The notes below the pieces were generated by a model that did not search any database, was not told the origin of the DNA, and worked only from the letters and a program-made list of their open reading frames with translations. The position numbers and the translations under genes were made by a program. 64,000 nucleotides of DNA from Mobula hypostoma. Taxonomy: Eukaryota. Positions 52,580 through 64,000 of the stretch are shown piece by piece; positions within the stretch are counted from its first letter, which is position 1, and each line of letters opens with the position of its first letter. Location of the stretch: assembly GCF_963921235.1 (NCBI RefSeq), contig NC_086097.1:249366001-249430000 (forward strand), written 5' to 3'.

Positions 52580-53975
52580 AAAGACTTACTGTACATTCCC
52601 CAACCAAACACCGTGGATGAACCAGGAGATACGTCATCCGCTGAAGGCTAGAACCATGGCATTCAAGTCTGGCAACCCAGGTCTGTACCAGAAAACCAGG
52701 TATGATTTGCAGAGGGCTACTTCAAGGGCGAAGAGAGAATTTTGAAAGAGGTTGGAGGCGACATCAGATGCACAGCAACTCCGGCAGGGTTTGCAAGACA
52801 TTACTTCCTACAGAGCGAAACTCAATAGCATGAATGGCAGCGAGGCTTCACCACCAGATGAATTCAACGCCTTCCATGGCCACTGTGAAGATCCCTACTG
52901 CACCTGATGATCCTGTGATTTGTCTCAGAGGCCGATGTTAGGCTGTCTTTAAAGAGAATGGACCCTTGCAAGACAGAGGTCCTGATGAAGTACTTGGTAA
53001 GGCTCTGAAGACCTGTACCAATCAACTAGCAGGAGTATTCAAGGACATTTTCAAACTCTCACTGGGCTGAAGTTCCCACTTGCTTCAAAATGGCAACAAT
53101 TATTCCAGTGCCTAAGAATAATGTGGGCTGCCTTAATGACTACCACCCAGTAGCACTCACATCGACAGTGATGAAATGCTTTGAGAGGTTGGTCATGACT
53201 AGACTGAACTCCTGCCTCAGCAAAGACCTGGACCCATTGCAATTTACCCATCGCCACAATAGAAGGATCAGAAGTGGAGAGAGTGAGCAGCTTCTAGCTC
53301 CTGGGTGTCAAGATCTCTGAGGATCTAACCTGGTCCCAACATATCGATGTAGTTATAAAGAAGACAAGGCAGCGGCTATACTTTATTAGGAGTTTGAAGA
53401 GATTTGGCATGTCGAAAAATACAGTCAAAAACTTCTATAGTTGTATGGTGGAGAGCATTCTGACAGGCTTGTATCACTGTCTGGTATGGAGGGGCTACTG
53501 CACAGGACGGAAAGGAGATGCAGGTTGTAATTCTAGTTAGGTCCATCTTGGGTACTAGTCTACAAAGTACACAGGACATCTTTAGGGGGCAGTGTCTCAA
53601 AAAGGCAGCGTCTATTATTAAGGACCTCCAGCACCCAGGACATGCCCTTTTCTCACTGTTACCATCAGGTAGGAGGTACAGAAGCCTGAAGGCACACACT
53701 CAGCGATTCAGGAACAGCTTCTTCCCCTCTGCCATCCGATTCCTAAATGGACAATGAATCTTTGAACACTTCACTTTTTTAAAAAATATGCAGTATTTCT
53801 GTTTTTGCACGTTTTGTTTAATCTACTCAATATACATAATTGATTTACTTAAGTATTATTATTATTTTATTTATTACTTTTTCTCTCTGCTAGATTATGT
53901 ATTGCATTGAACTGCTGCTGCTAAGTTAAATTTCACATCAGATGCTGGTGATAATAAATCTGGTTCTGATTCTGA
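52580..53975 (+). mobile_element. Rex1/Babar LINE, internally deleted
   Basis: [47 protein letters not shown]; ttctga repeat tail. Confidence 0.85.
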
Positions 53976-55006
53976 CCATGTGGGTTTTCTCTGCTTTCCT
54001 CCCACAGTCCAAAGACATACTGGTTAGTGAGGTTAACTGGCCTGTGGTTAGTCTCGGGTTAAACAGGTGGGCTGCTAGGTGGCACGGCTCACTGGGTCGG
54101 ATGAGCCTGTTCCACTGCATCTCTTCAATAATAAAAAATAGCTGCATCACAGCATGAGGTCACTGTATTGACGGAACTGAAGGCCCTGCCTGAGATCACC
54201 GTCATCCTGAGAGCAGACAGTCATTGACTTTGTGTGAGGATACCGTTAACATAACAGAAGAAATGGAGCAGGAATCAGCTCAACATGTCTGCCATGTCCC
54301 CAGAACCCTTCACTTCCCTGCTATGCAAAAGGCTATCTGTATCTGAAATATATTTAATAAGGTAGCCTTTACTGCTTTTCCAGGCAGAAAATTCCAGATT
54401 CACTACTCTCTGGGAAAGGCAACTTCTCACACTCACCCTAAATCTATTCCATAAAATACGAGAGCAAGGCAGGGCATCCGGGCCAAAATCTACTCCACCA
54501 TTCGATCATGGCTGATTTATTTTCCATCTCAACTCCACTTTCAGGCCTTCTCCCAAACCTTTAACACCTATACTCACTGGAATTTAGAAGAACAAGGGAG
54601 GAATCTCATCGAAACCTATCAAATATTGTAAGGCTGAGATAGAGTAGAAGTGGAGAGGATATAGTGGGTGAGTCACAGAAAACTACAGCATAGCAACAGG
54701 CCCTTCGGCCCATCAAGTCCATGCTAAACTGCACCCAGACCATAGCCCAACTATCCATGTACCAATCTAAACTTCTCTTAAAATGTTAAAATTGAAATCC
54801 CATGCTCCACTTGCGTTGACAGCTTGTTCCACATTCTCACCACCAAATTTATCCTTAAACATTTCACCTTTCACCCGTAACCTTTGACCTCCAGTTCCAG
54901 TGTCACCCAACCTCAGTAGAAAAAGCCCACTTACATTTACCCTATCTATACCCCTCAATTTTGCATACTACTATCAAATCTCCCCTCAAACTTTTATGTT
55001 CTAGGA

Positions 55007-55205
55007 AAACACAAAATGCTGGAAGAACAGCAGGCCAGGCAGCATCTATGGAAAAGTACAGTCGACGTTTTAGGCCGAGACCCTTTGGCAAGACCCGAAA
55101 CGTCAACTGAACTATTCTCCATAGATGCTGCCTGGCCTGCTGAGTTCCTCCAGCATTTTGTTTGTTGCTTGGATTTCCAGCATCTGCAGATTTTCTCTTG
55201 CTTGT
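55007..55205. mobile_element. Penelope-derived fold-back short element inside a CR1 fragment
   Basis: Antisense arm runs to ggccgagacccttt, then the sense arm starts at cccgaaacgtcaactg. Confidence 0.8.
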
Positions 55206-55469
55206 GATTGAAGTTGTAACCTATTCAATCTTTCCTTATAACTCAGGTCCTCCAGTCCCCACAACATCCTTGCAAATTTTCTCTGTTCTTTTTCAATCTT
55301 ATTTACATCTTTCTTGTAGGTAGGTGACCAAAACTCCAGATTAGGTCTCACAAACATCTTGTACAACTTGAACATAACATCCCATCTCATGTACTCAATA
55401 CTAGCAGGCCAACGTGACAAAAGCTTTCGTTAAAACCTTCTTCTAGGATTCTCCTAGCATTCTTCTAGG

Positions 55470-55950
55470 GTGCATCACAACCTGGTACGGAAGTTCTCCT
55501 GTCCAAGACCGGAAGAAGCTGCAGAAGATCGTGAACACAGTGCAGCAAATCACACAAACCAATCTTCCGTCCTTAGAGACACTTTACACCGCACGCTATC
55601 GGAGAAGTGCTGCCAGGATAATCAAGGCCACAACCCACCCAGCCAACACACTTTTCGTCCCTCTTCCCTCCAGGAGAAGGTTCAGGAGCTTCAAGACTCA
55701 TATGGCCAGATTTGGGAACAGCTTCTTTCCAAAAACACTGTTGAATGGATCTGGGCCGTACCCTCCAAATATCTGGACCTGCCTCTCGCTTTTTTTGCAC
55801 TACCTTACTTTCCATTTTTCTATTTATGATTTATAATTTAAATTTTTAATATTTACTATTGATTTGTAATCCAGGGAGTGTGAAGCGCGGAATCAAATAT
55901 CGCTGTGATGATTTACGTTCTAGTATCAATTGTTTGGCGACAATAAAGTA
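55470..55950 (+). mobile_element. Rex1-type 3' fragment
   Basis: HPANTLFVPLPSRRRFRS..RFGNSFFP; AATAAAG tail. Confidence 0.75.
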
Positions 55951-57511
55951 TATCTACCTGTGACATCACTTCCAGTGAATTATAGACCTATATTTGTTCT
56001 GTAAGACCTACCCTAGCTGGTCCTCCCAAAGTGCAACTCCTCACATTCTGCTCCTGTATCTTATGGTCTAACGTACACCCAGTGTACAGGAATAAAGTAG
56101 TAGCCAGAGTGTACTCCTTTAATATGCACATTTAAAAACATTTCAACAATTCAGAAACAAATGCATAACTGCTGAGGGAAGCAAAAAAAAAGCCCAGTAA
56201 GGATTTCATAAAAATGTAACTAACATACCTTTCATATTTTAATTCCAACATTTACTTTCCTTCTGTATACCATTTCAAGAGAAGCAATTGTACTCAAACA
56301 AGATCTTGCAACCAATACAAATTAGTACGTTAAGTCATAGCATGCACAGCACTGATTTTTCTCACTATGACATCTGTTTGTACTTCTGCTCACTGCCAGT
56401 GTCCCTAGGTGCAGCATCAGCAATATTCTAATGTGCAGAACTAGAGTTCTACCTTCCTGGTACAGATCAGTTTGCAAACATCCCAAAACAGTGCTTAAAC
56501 AAATAATCTCCTCCAGAAAGCTCAGATTCCTGTCATTTGTCAACTTCCAGTAAATAGCAGGATATATAGCAGCCAGTGGAGACATAGCTAAACAGTTTAA
56601 TAATTAATACAAACTTGGCTAACCATCTTGGAACGCCAAACCAGGCAGTAATAGAAGCAGACTCAGAATGTGGTTTGCGAGCTGTTCAGCCTGTCCAACT
56701 ACACTGCATGTTCAGATGGGTTGGTCACAATGATATTTATCAAAAATTAGTTGAATAGATATTAAAAATTATACGTTGAGAATGCAGTGGATTTCAAACA
56801 CTGCAAGTCATTCCGTATATATTTACTGAGATACAGCACAGGATTGGCCCTTCCAGCCACACTGCCAAGCAATCCCCGATTTAATCCACTTTACGAAGAC
56901 TAATTAACCTACCAACCTGTACATCTTTGGACCGTGGGAGGAAACTGGATCACCTGAAGGAAACCCATGCTGTCACAGGCAGAACATACAAACTCCTTAC
57001 AGACAGTGGCAGGAATTGAATCTGGGTTGCCAGCACTGTAAAACATTGTGCTCATCACTATACTACCATGTCACCTGTTGTGCTAACCAGTATAACTACC
57101 AGACAGGTAAACAGGGACGAATAAAATTAACTGACGATTTAACCCTTTGATATTCTAACATTGATATTCCATTCTCCCAGATCCTCCATCACTGCTCCAT
57201 CATGCACACTGGCCTCCCCACCATCCGGGACATCTGCAAAAGGTGATGCTTCAACAAGGCAACATCCATCATTAAGGACCCCTATCACCCCGGATATGAC
57301 CTCTTCATTACCACCAGTGGGGTGGATACAGAATTCTGAATGCACACTCAACGCTTCTTCCCCATCATCCTCAGATTTCTGAGCAGACAATGACCTATGC
57401 ATGAACATTACCACACTATTTTTCCACTACCTAAAAGTGTTCCTCACGGCATGCACCTCAAATAGCCTCTGACTGTGTGTGTATATATATAAACACACAC
57501 ACACACACACA

Positions 57512-59408
57512 CACGTGGCCCCCGTTTTCCGAACGTTCACTTTACGACACCTCGCTATTACGAAAGACCTACATTAGTTAGCTGTTTTCACTAACAGAAG
57601 GTGTTTTCACGGTTACGATAAAAGGCAGCATGCGCCTGAACAGCCAAGCTCCTCCCCCGGAACTGCATTCGAGCCGCCATTGCTTAAACACGTGCTTTAT
57701 CCCGATTTATTTTGTGCATCGTTAGCAAGATGAGTTCTAAGGTATCGGAAAAGCCTAAAAAAAACTCGTAAGGGTGTTACACTTAGCATAAAACTAGACA
57801 TAATTAAGCGCTTCAATCGTGGTGAACGAAGTAAGGACATTGTCCACGTGTTGAACTTACCTGCGTCCACCATTCACACTATTTATACGCAGAGAGAAAG
57901 AATTTTGAAAGCTGCCGATGTTACTGTTGGTTCTGCTCGTAGCAAAGTGGTCTCTCTTAGTCAGCATCCAATAATGGATAAAATGGAAAGTTTATTGCTT
58001 GAATGGATTGATGGGTGTAGAAACCGTGGTGTTCCGTTAAGTTTTCTTACACTTAAGGAGAAATCAGTCAGTCTTTTTAATAAGCTGAAACAGAAAGCAC
58101 TGGCCGATGGTGATGAAAGTGTTGTGAAAGTGGAATTTAAAGGTAGTCATGGGTGGTTTGATCGGTTTCTGAGGCGAGGGCAGCTTCATAATTTAATGTT
58201 TACCGGACCCAGTGCTTCGGCTGATACTGAAGCTGCCGAAAAGTTCCCAGCACAGAAGGTGCATATTCGTACAAGCAAGTGTTTAACTGTGACAAAACTG
58301 CAATTTATTGGAAAAAATTGCTGAGCAAGACATTCATTTCGATAGAAGAAAAGCAGGCTAAGGGACACAAGGCATCAAAGGACAGGTTTACCCTAATGCC
58401 TATTATTAATGCCACTGGTGATGCTGTCCTTAAGCCTCTACTAGTGTACCATACAGAAAATCCGAGGGCACTTAAATGCGTTGATAAGAAAACACTTCCC
58501 ATTGTGTTCTGTTCACATCCAAGTGGTTGGAATACCCAAGTGCTTTTTTCTGAGTACATGAGTGGACACGTTAGTCCTTTTGTTGAAAAATACTGTAGAG
58601 AAAATAACCTTGATAATAGGTGTCTTGTGATTGTTGATAATTGTGCTGCTCATCCACCTGGCATTACCAAGTATGGCAGTAACATTCGTGTTGCGTTCTT
58701 ACCGCCGAATACGACATCGTTGCTGCAGCCGTGCAACCAAGGCCTAATAGCCACAATTAAGGCTTACTACGCGCAAAATGTGATGCATTTTATTGTAGTA
58801 CCATTGACAGAGAGGGCAATTCCGAAGCGTCTTTGTGAGAGATCTGGAAAGAATACAATATAAAATTGGCAATCGCCCCAACGTTGGAGATGCTCTCGAT
58901 AGGCTAACAGTCTCGATGAGAAATGGCATTTGGAGGAAACTATGTCTTCCCGACTCCAGTAAGTGAAACTACACTGTACATACATTATTTCTACTTTATA
59001 TAGGCTGTGTATTTTTATGTGTTATTTAGTATGATTTGGCAGCTTCACAGCTTAAAGGTTACTGGACAGTGTTTCCGCTGAGAGCGCTTCCACCATGTTT
59101 CTGCCAAGAGTGCTTCCGCCGCGAGTGCTGCCATGAGATTTTCGCTGCGCTAGACAGTGCTGCAATTTGCGGAAAAGTATATCTGCTTTATGTAGGCTGT
59201 GTATTTATCTTACCATTCCTGCTTTTACTATGTTACTGTTACTTTAGGTTTTACCTGTTATTTGGCATGATTTTGTAGGTTATTTTTTGAGTCTGGGAAC
59301 GCTAAAAAGCTTTCCCATATTAATAAATGGTAATTGCTTATTCACTTTACGACATTCTGGCTTACGAACTGTTTCATAGGAATGCTCTACCTTCGGATAG
59401 CAGGGGAA

Positions 59409-59413
<5 letters not shown>
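57512..59413 (+). mobile_element. Tigger/pogo transposon (TIGD1-like: CENP-B HTH + DDE), frameshifted
   Basis: TIRs CACGTGGCCCCCGTTTTCCGAA / TTCGGATAGCAGGGGAAACCTG; ATG at 57730; motifs FKGSHGWFDRF, FNCDKT, KDRFTL, VDNCAAHP, FLPPNTTSLLQP. Confidence 0.93.

Positions 59414-59470
<57 letters not shown>
59412..59470. repeat. (TG)n microsatellite
   Basis: Seen directly; abuts the Tigger right TIR. Confidence 0.95.
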
Positions 59471-59471
<1 letters not shown>

Positions 59472-60600
59472 TTACACACACGTTGAGTACCCATTATTTA
59501 AAAAGTGCTTGGGGCTACCAGCATTTCTGATTTTGCAATATACAATGAGATAGATTGGGATCAATGTTCACTCTAAGGTGTGCATGCGCACACACATCTT
59601 TTGTTACTAGCGTACAAGGAATTTAAACTGCATACAAAAGGTTGCCACCCTCTACCTCGTTGGCATGTTAAGTATATTTCACGATCGTACACGATCACAT
59701 TTCCTTTTCAAGTTTCTGATGCCGACAGTGTTGACAATGTGGAGTTTGCGATGGTTTGTCTGCAGATTCTAGAACTGGTTTATTTATACTGTTTTATTGA
59801 AGAAATTATTGATTCACTATGTCGAATTCCAAAGAAGCAAAGGGTGTGAATTGCAAAAGAACTACTAGTTCACTTTAAGCAGAATGGCTCAGTGAAACAG
59901 TAGAAGCTGCTGCACCGAAAGCTCATGAGGTCAGGAACATGCAGCTACGAGAAATGTTTATGTACAATACAGAAAATGCTGTTACCTGCATGTATTGTCG
60001 CGATGCAAAGGTTGCTGGAGAATTTGCAAGTGGGAAGGTTGGGAAACTTGTCTTTTTAAAAAGGTGTCATTTAGCAAGTAAATCACATATGGACAATGTG
60101 CAAAAGCTCCGGCAATCTTCATTACCCACTACAGGTCTGCTACATACGTGTACATGCAGATGAACGAGAATGAAAATGATCAAACCGAAAGATCAAAGTT
60201 CCCAGACAGTGGTGAATCTGTGTAATTCTCTGCCCAATAAAGCAGTGGAGGCTACCTCAGTAAATATATTTAAGACAAAGTTGGATAGATTTTCACATAG
60301 TGGGGGAATTAGGTTTATGGGGAAAAGACAGGTAGATAGAGATGAGTCCACAGCCAGATCAGCCATGATCTTATTGAATGGTGGAGCAGGCTCGACGGGC
60401 CAGATGGCCAACTCCTGCTCCTATTTATGTTCTTTTGCTTGTCATCGACACATCAGTTAAAATTGATACTTGCACCTAGCCAAAAACCTGAAAAGAGTTT
60501 ATTCATCATATACACCGGGAAAGCACTAGATCCTTTTTCATAGACCAAGGATGCATCTCAGCAGTATACATAAATAATATACAGATATAAATATATAATA

Positions 60601-61386
60601 GAGTGGTTTCCAGTGAATTGACCCATTGGGTAATTGGGATAGCCACTCATTTGGGACAACTGAAAGAACAGAAGCTAATCTAGAAAACAGCCAGAATTCC
60701 CCTTGTTTATGTGGGACATTATGCTGCTTAATTGAGATAGGAGACAGTTGCTGAACAGTTTCTAACTAGTACAGACACATCCCTTATGTGGTCATTAGAC
60801 ACTACACCATGAGTAGAGTGAACAGTTTTTAAAAAGCAGTGATTTTGGTCCCTGATAGTTGGTGAGAAATAAGCAGTAAGACAATTCAGAACTGTTTTGC
60901 TCACTGTGGTTTCAAGCATTCGGGCTTGGAGATACCAGAAATGGTTGGGAGCTAATATGAAACAATTTCACTACTTCAGTGAGTTAGGAACTATGACGAA
61001 TTTGAAGGCATTGACAATCACCTTGAATGCAACAATGAAAATCTGAAGGATGAGTCGTGAACAGCATCGGACGAAGGCAGTCCATTGTCTTCACTAGGTG
61101 TCTGCGCAAATTTTGTTCATTACAGCCAATCAAAAGGCGGCAAGATACACTGGATGAATTCCTCTGTCAATAAGTATTATGAACTAATAAACAGTTTTAT
61201 AGTACCGTAGTACTGGTAGTGTTCTAATGTGTTCTGTATTTCCTTTAAATACATAACTTGTGACCTCAGTTTGTCTTGATTATATCTTTTTAACTATTTC
61301 CATGAAACTTTGGATAATTGGGCCATGCTGCTTAATTGGGCCAAAACTACTGGTTCTGACGTGTCCCAATTAACCAGAATCCTCTG
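60601..61386. mobile_element. Tigger-like non-autonomous element
   Basis: Inverted homologue of 23081-23951. Confidence 0.7.
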
Positions 61387-61559
61387 AATATAACAGCTTT
61401 CATGACCTACTAGATTCCAGTAACACACCAATTTTGCTCTCACCCTTTGGCAATTGAAGAGCTCACCCCCCCCACCCCCCATGACTTCCTGGTGCATATT
61501 TCTATTTTCACTAACCTTTCCCGGATGTCTGGCACTTTCTCATGCATTCACAGGAGTTA

Positions 61560-61760
61560 CATCATTTGTTCCCCTCCCACCATCCACAAAGCAGTCATTC
61601 CAAGTGAAGCAACAGTTCCCCAGTCCAACGACCTGTACTGCATTCAGTGTTCACACTATGGCCTCTTCTGCATTGGAGAAACCAAATACAGATAGGCTGG
61701 AACATCTGTAGGAGTGACACTGAAGAATCAGTTGCCTCCACTTTAATACTGCAACTCTGA
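61560..61760 (+). mobile_element. Old Penelope GIY-YIG remnant
   Basis: LYCIQCSHYGLFCIGETKYR. Confidence 0.65.
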
Positions 61761-62289
61761 CCTACCTAGCTGTTTGCACTGTTAAAAGACCACAAAACAT
61801 AGGAGCAGAATTGGGCTATTTGGCCCATTAAGTCTGCTTCACTATTTGATCATGGTTGGTTTATTTTTTTTCCTCTCAACACCATACCCCGTCCACAGCC
61901 GTCTGTGGCAATGAATTCCACAAATTCACCACCATCTGGCTAAAGAAATTACCCCTCATTTCTGTTCTGAAGGGACATCATTGTTTTCTGAGATTGTGCC
62001 CTCTGGTCCTAGATTCTCCCACTATAGCAAACATTCTCGCTACGTCCACTCAAGAACTAAGCTACAGGAAATATTGATCCTGTTCCACTTTCCAAAGACG
62101 CTACGTGTCCAGTATTTTATGGTTTTGACAGTTCAGATTCCAAGCATCTGCTTTTTTTTTAAAATATTTGAGAATCAGAATCTGGTTTATGATCACTGAC
62201 ATATGTCAGTGAAATTTGTTTTGAAACAGCAATACATAAAAAAATAACTACAAATTATATTAAAAATGCAAACACTTTGGCCACTTTAT

Positions 62290-64000
62290 GAGGAGGCAGA
62301 TTTTGGAAGGGTGCAAAAATAACATGGGTTGTTATCATGGGTGACTTTAACTTCCCTAATATTGATTGGCACCTGATTAGTTCCAAGGGTTTAGATGGGG
62401 CAGAGTTTGTTAAGTGCGTCCAGGACAGATTCCTGTCACAGTATGTGGACAGGCCAACCAGGGGAAATGCCATCCAGTACTAGGTAATGAACCGGGTCAG
62501 GTTACAGATCTCTCAGTGGGCGAGCATCTGGGGGACAGTGACCACTGCTCCCTGGCCTTTATAATTATCATGGAAAAGGATAGAATCAAAGAGGACAGGA
62601 AAATTTTTAATTGGGGAAAGGCAAATTATGAGGCTATAAGGCTAGAACTTGCGGGTGTGAATTGGGATGATGTTTTTGCAGGGAAATGTACTATGGACAT
62701 GTGGTCGATGTTTAGAGATCTCTTGTGGGATGTAAGGGATAAATCTGTCCCGGTGAGGAAGATAAAGAATGGTAGGGTGAAGGAACCATGGGTGACAAGT
62801 GAGGTGGAAAATCTAGTCAGGTGGAAGAAGGCAGCATACATGAGGTTTAGGAAGCAAGGATCAGATGGGTCTATTGAGGAATATAGGGAAGCAAGAAAGG
62901 AGCTTAAGAAGGGGGCAGGAGAAGGCCTTGGCGAGTAGGGTAAAGGAAAACCCCAAGGCATTCTTCAATTATGTGAAGAAAAAAAGGATGACAGGAGTGA
63001 AGGTAGGACCGATTAAAGATAAAGGTGGGAAGATGTGCCTGGAGGCTGTGGAAGTGAACGAGGTCCTCAATGAATACTTCTCTTGGTATTCACCAATGGG
63101 AGGGAACTTGATGATGGTGAGGACAATATGAGTGAGGTTGATGTTCTGGAGCATGTTGATATTAGGGGAGAGGAGGTGTTGGAGTTGTTAAAATACATTA
63201 GGACAGACAAGTCCCCGGGGCCTGACGGAATATTCCCCAGGCTGCTCCACGAGGCGAGAGAAGAGATTGCTGAGCCTCTGGCTAGAATCTTTATGTCCTC
63301 GTTGTCTACGGGAATGGTACCAGAGGATGAGGGAGGCGAATGTTGTTCCCTTGTTCAAAAAAGGTAGTAGGGATAGTCTGGGTAATTATAGACCAGTGAG
63401 CCTTACGTCTGTGGTGGGAAAGTTGTTGGAAAAGATTCTTAGAGATAGGATCTATAGGCATTTAGAGAATCATGGTCTGATCAGGGACAGTCAGCATGGC
63501 TTTGTGAAGGGCAGATTGTGTCTAACAAGCCTGATAGAGTTCTTTGAGGAGGTGACCAGGCATATAGATGAGGGTAGTGCAGTGGATGTGATCTATATGG
63601 ATTATAGTAAGGCATTAGACAAGGATCCACACGGTATTCAGAAAGTTATTCAGAAACTTATTCAGAAAGTTAGAAGGCATGGGAACCAGGGAAGTTTGGC
63701 GAGGTGGATTCTGAATTGGCTTGCCTGCAGAAGGCAGAGGGTGGTGGTGGAGGGAGTACATTCAGATTGGAGGATTGTGACTAGTGGTGTCCCACAAGGA
63801 TCTGTTCTGGGATCTCTACTTTTTGTGATTTTTATTAACGACCTGGATGTGGGGGTAGAAGGGTGGGTTGGCAAGTTTGCAGACGACACAAAGGTTGATG
63901 GTGTTGTAGATAGTGTGGTGGATTGTCAAAGATTGCAGAGAGACATTGATAGGATGCAGGAGTGGGCTGAGAAGTGGCAGATAGAGTTCAACCCGGAGAA
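62290..64000 (+). mobile_element. CR1 ORF2 (EN-RT), running off the window edge
   Basis: MGDFNFPNIDW, SDH, KSPGPDGI, NYRPVSLTS, QGSVLG, FADDTK. Confidence 0.92.

Noticed and set aside
57848..58863. Domesticated TIGD gene
   Set aside because: Frameshifted and bounded by TIRs.
63635..63670. (TATTCAGAAAST)x3 tandem repeat
   Set aside because: Local slippage in a dead CR1; no sign of function.

Overview
Repeat-dense vertebrate genomic DNA. The TE repertoire (CR1, Rex1, Penelope, RTE, tRNA-SINE) suggests a cartilaginous fish, but that is an inference. The window holds seven minus-strand coding exons of a type I activin/BMP receptor: 48002-47936, 46140-45889, 36272-36061, 25063-24964, 22958-22812, 8975-8700 and 7955-7758. 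They total 1252 coding nt and splice in frame. Exon sizes match ACVR1/ALK2 as I recall them, while diagnostic residues look closer to the acvr1l/ALK8 paralogue. The last kinase exons were not found and probably lie left of the window. The first coding intron uses a GC donor. The introns contain nested TEs: CR1 LINEs, a full-length RTE, hAT-Tip100, Tigger, Chapaev3, Tc1/hAT MITEs, two solo LTRs and SINEs. The most striking element is a dispersed family of short Penelope-derived fold-back insertions carrying minimal hammerhead ribozyme motifs, including a 264-bp near-perfect palindrome with two hammerheads and a 15-bp target-site duplication (TSD). All family assignments come from motif recognition, not database searches. 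Boundaries of decayed repeats are approximate.
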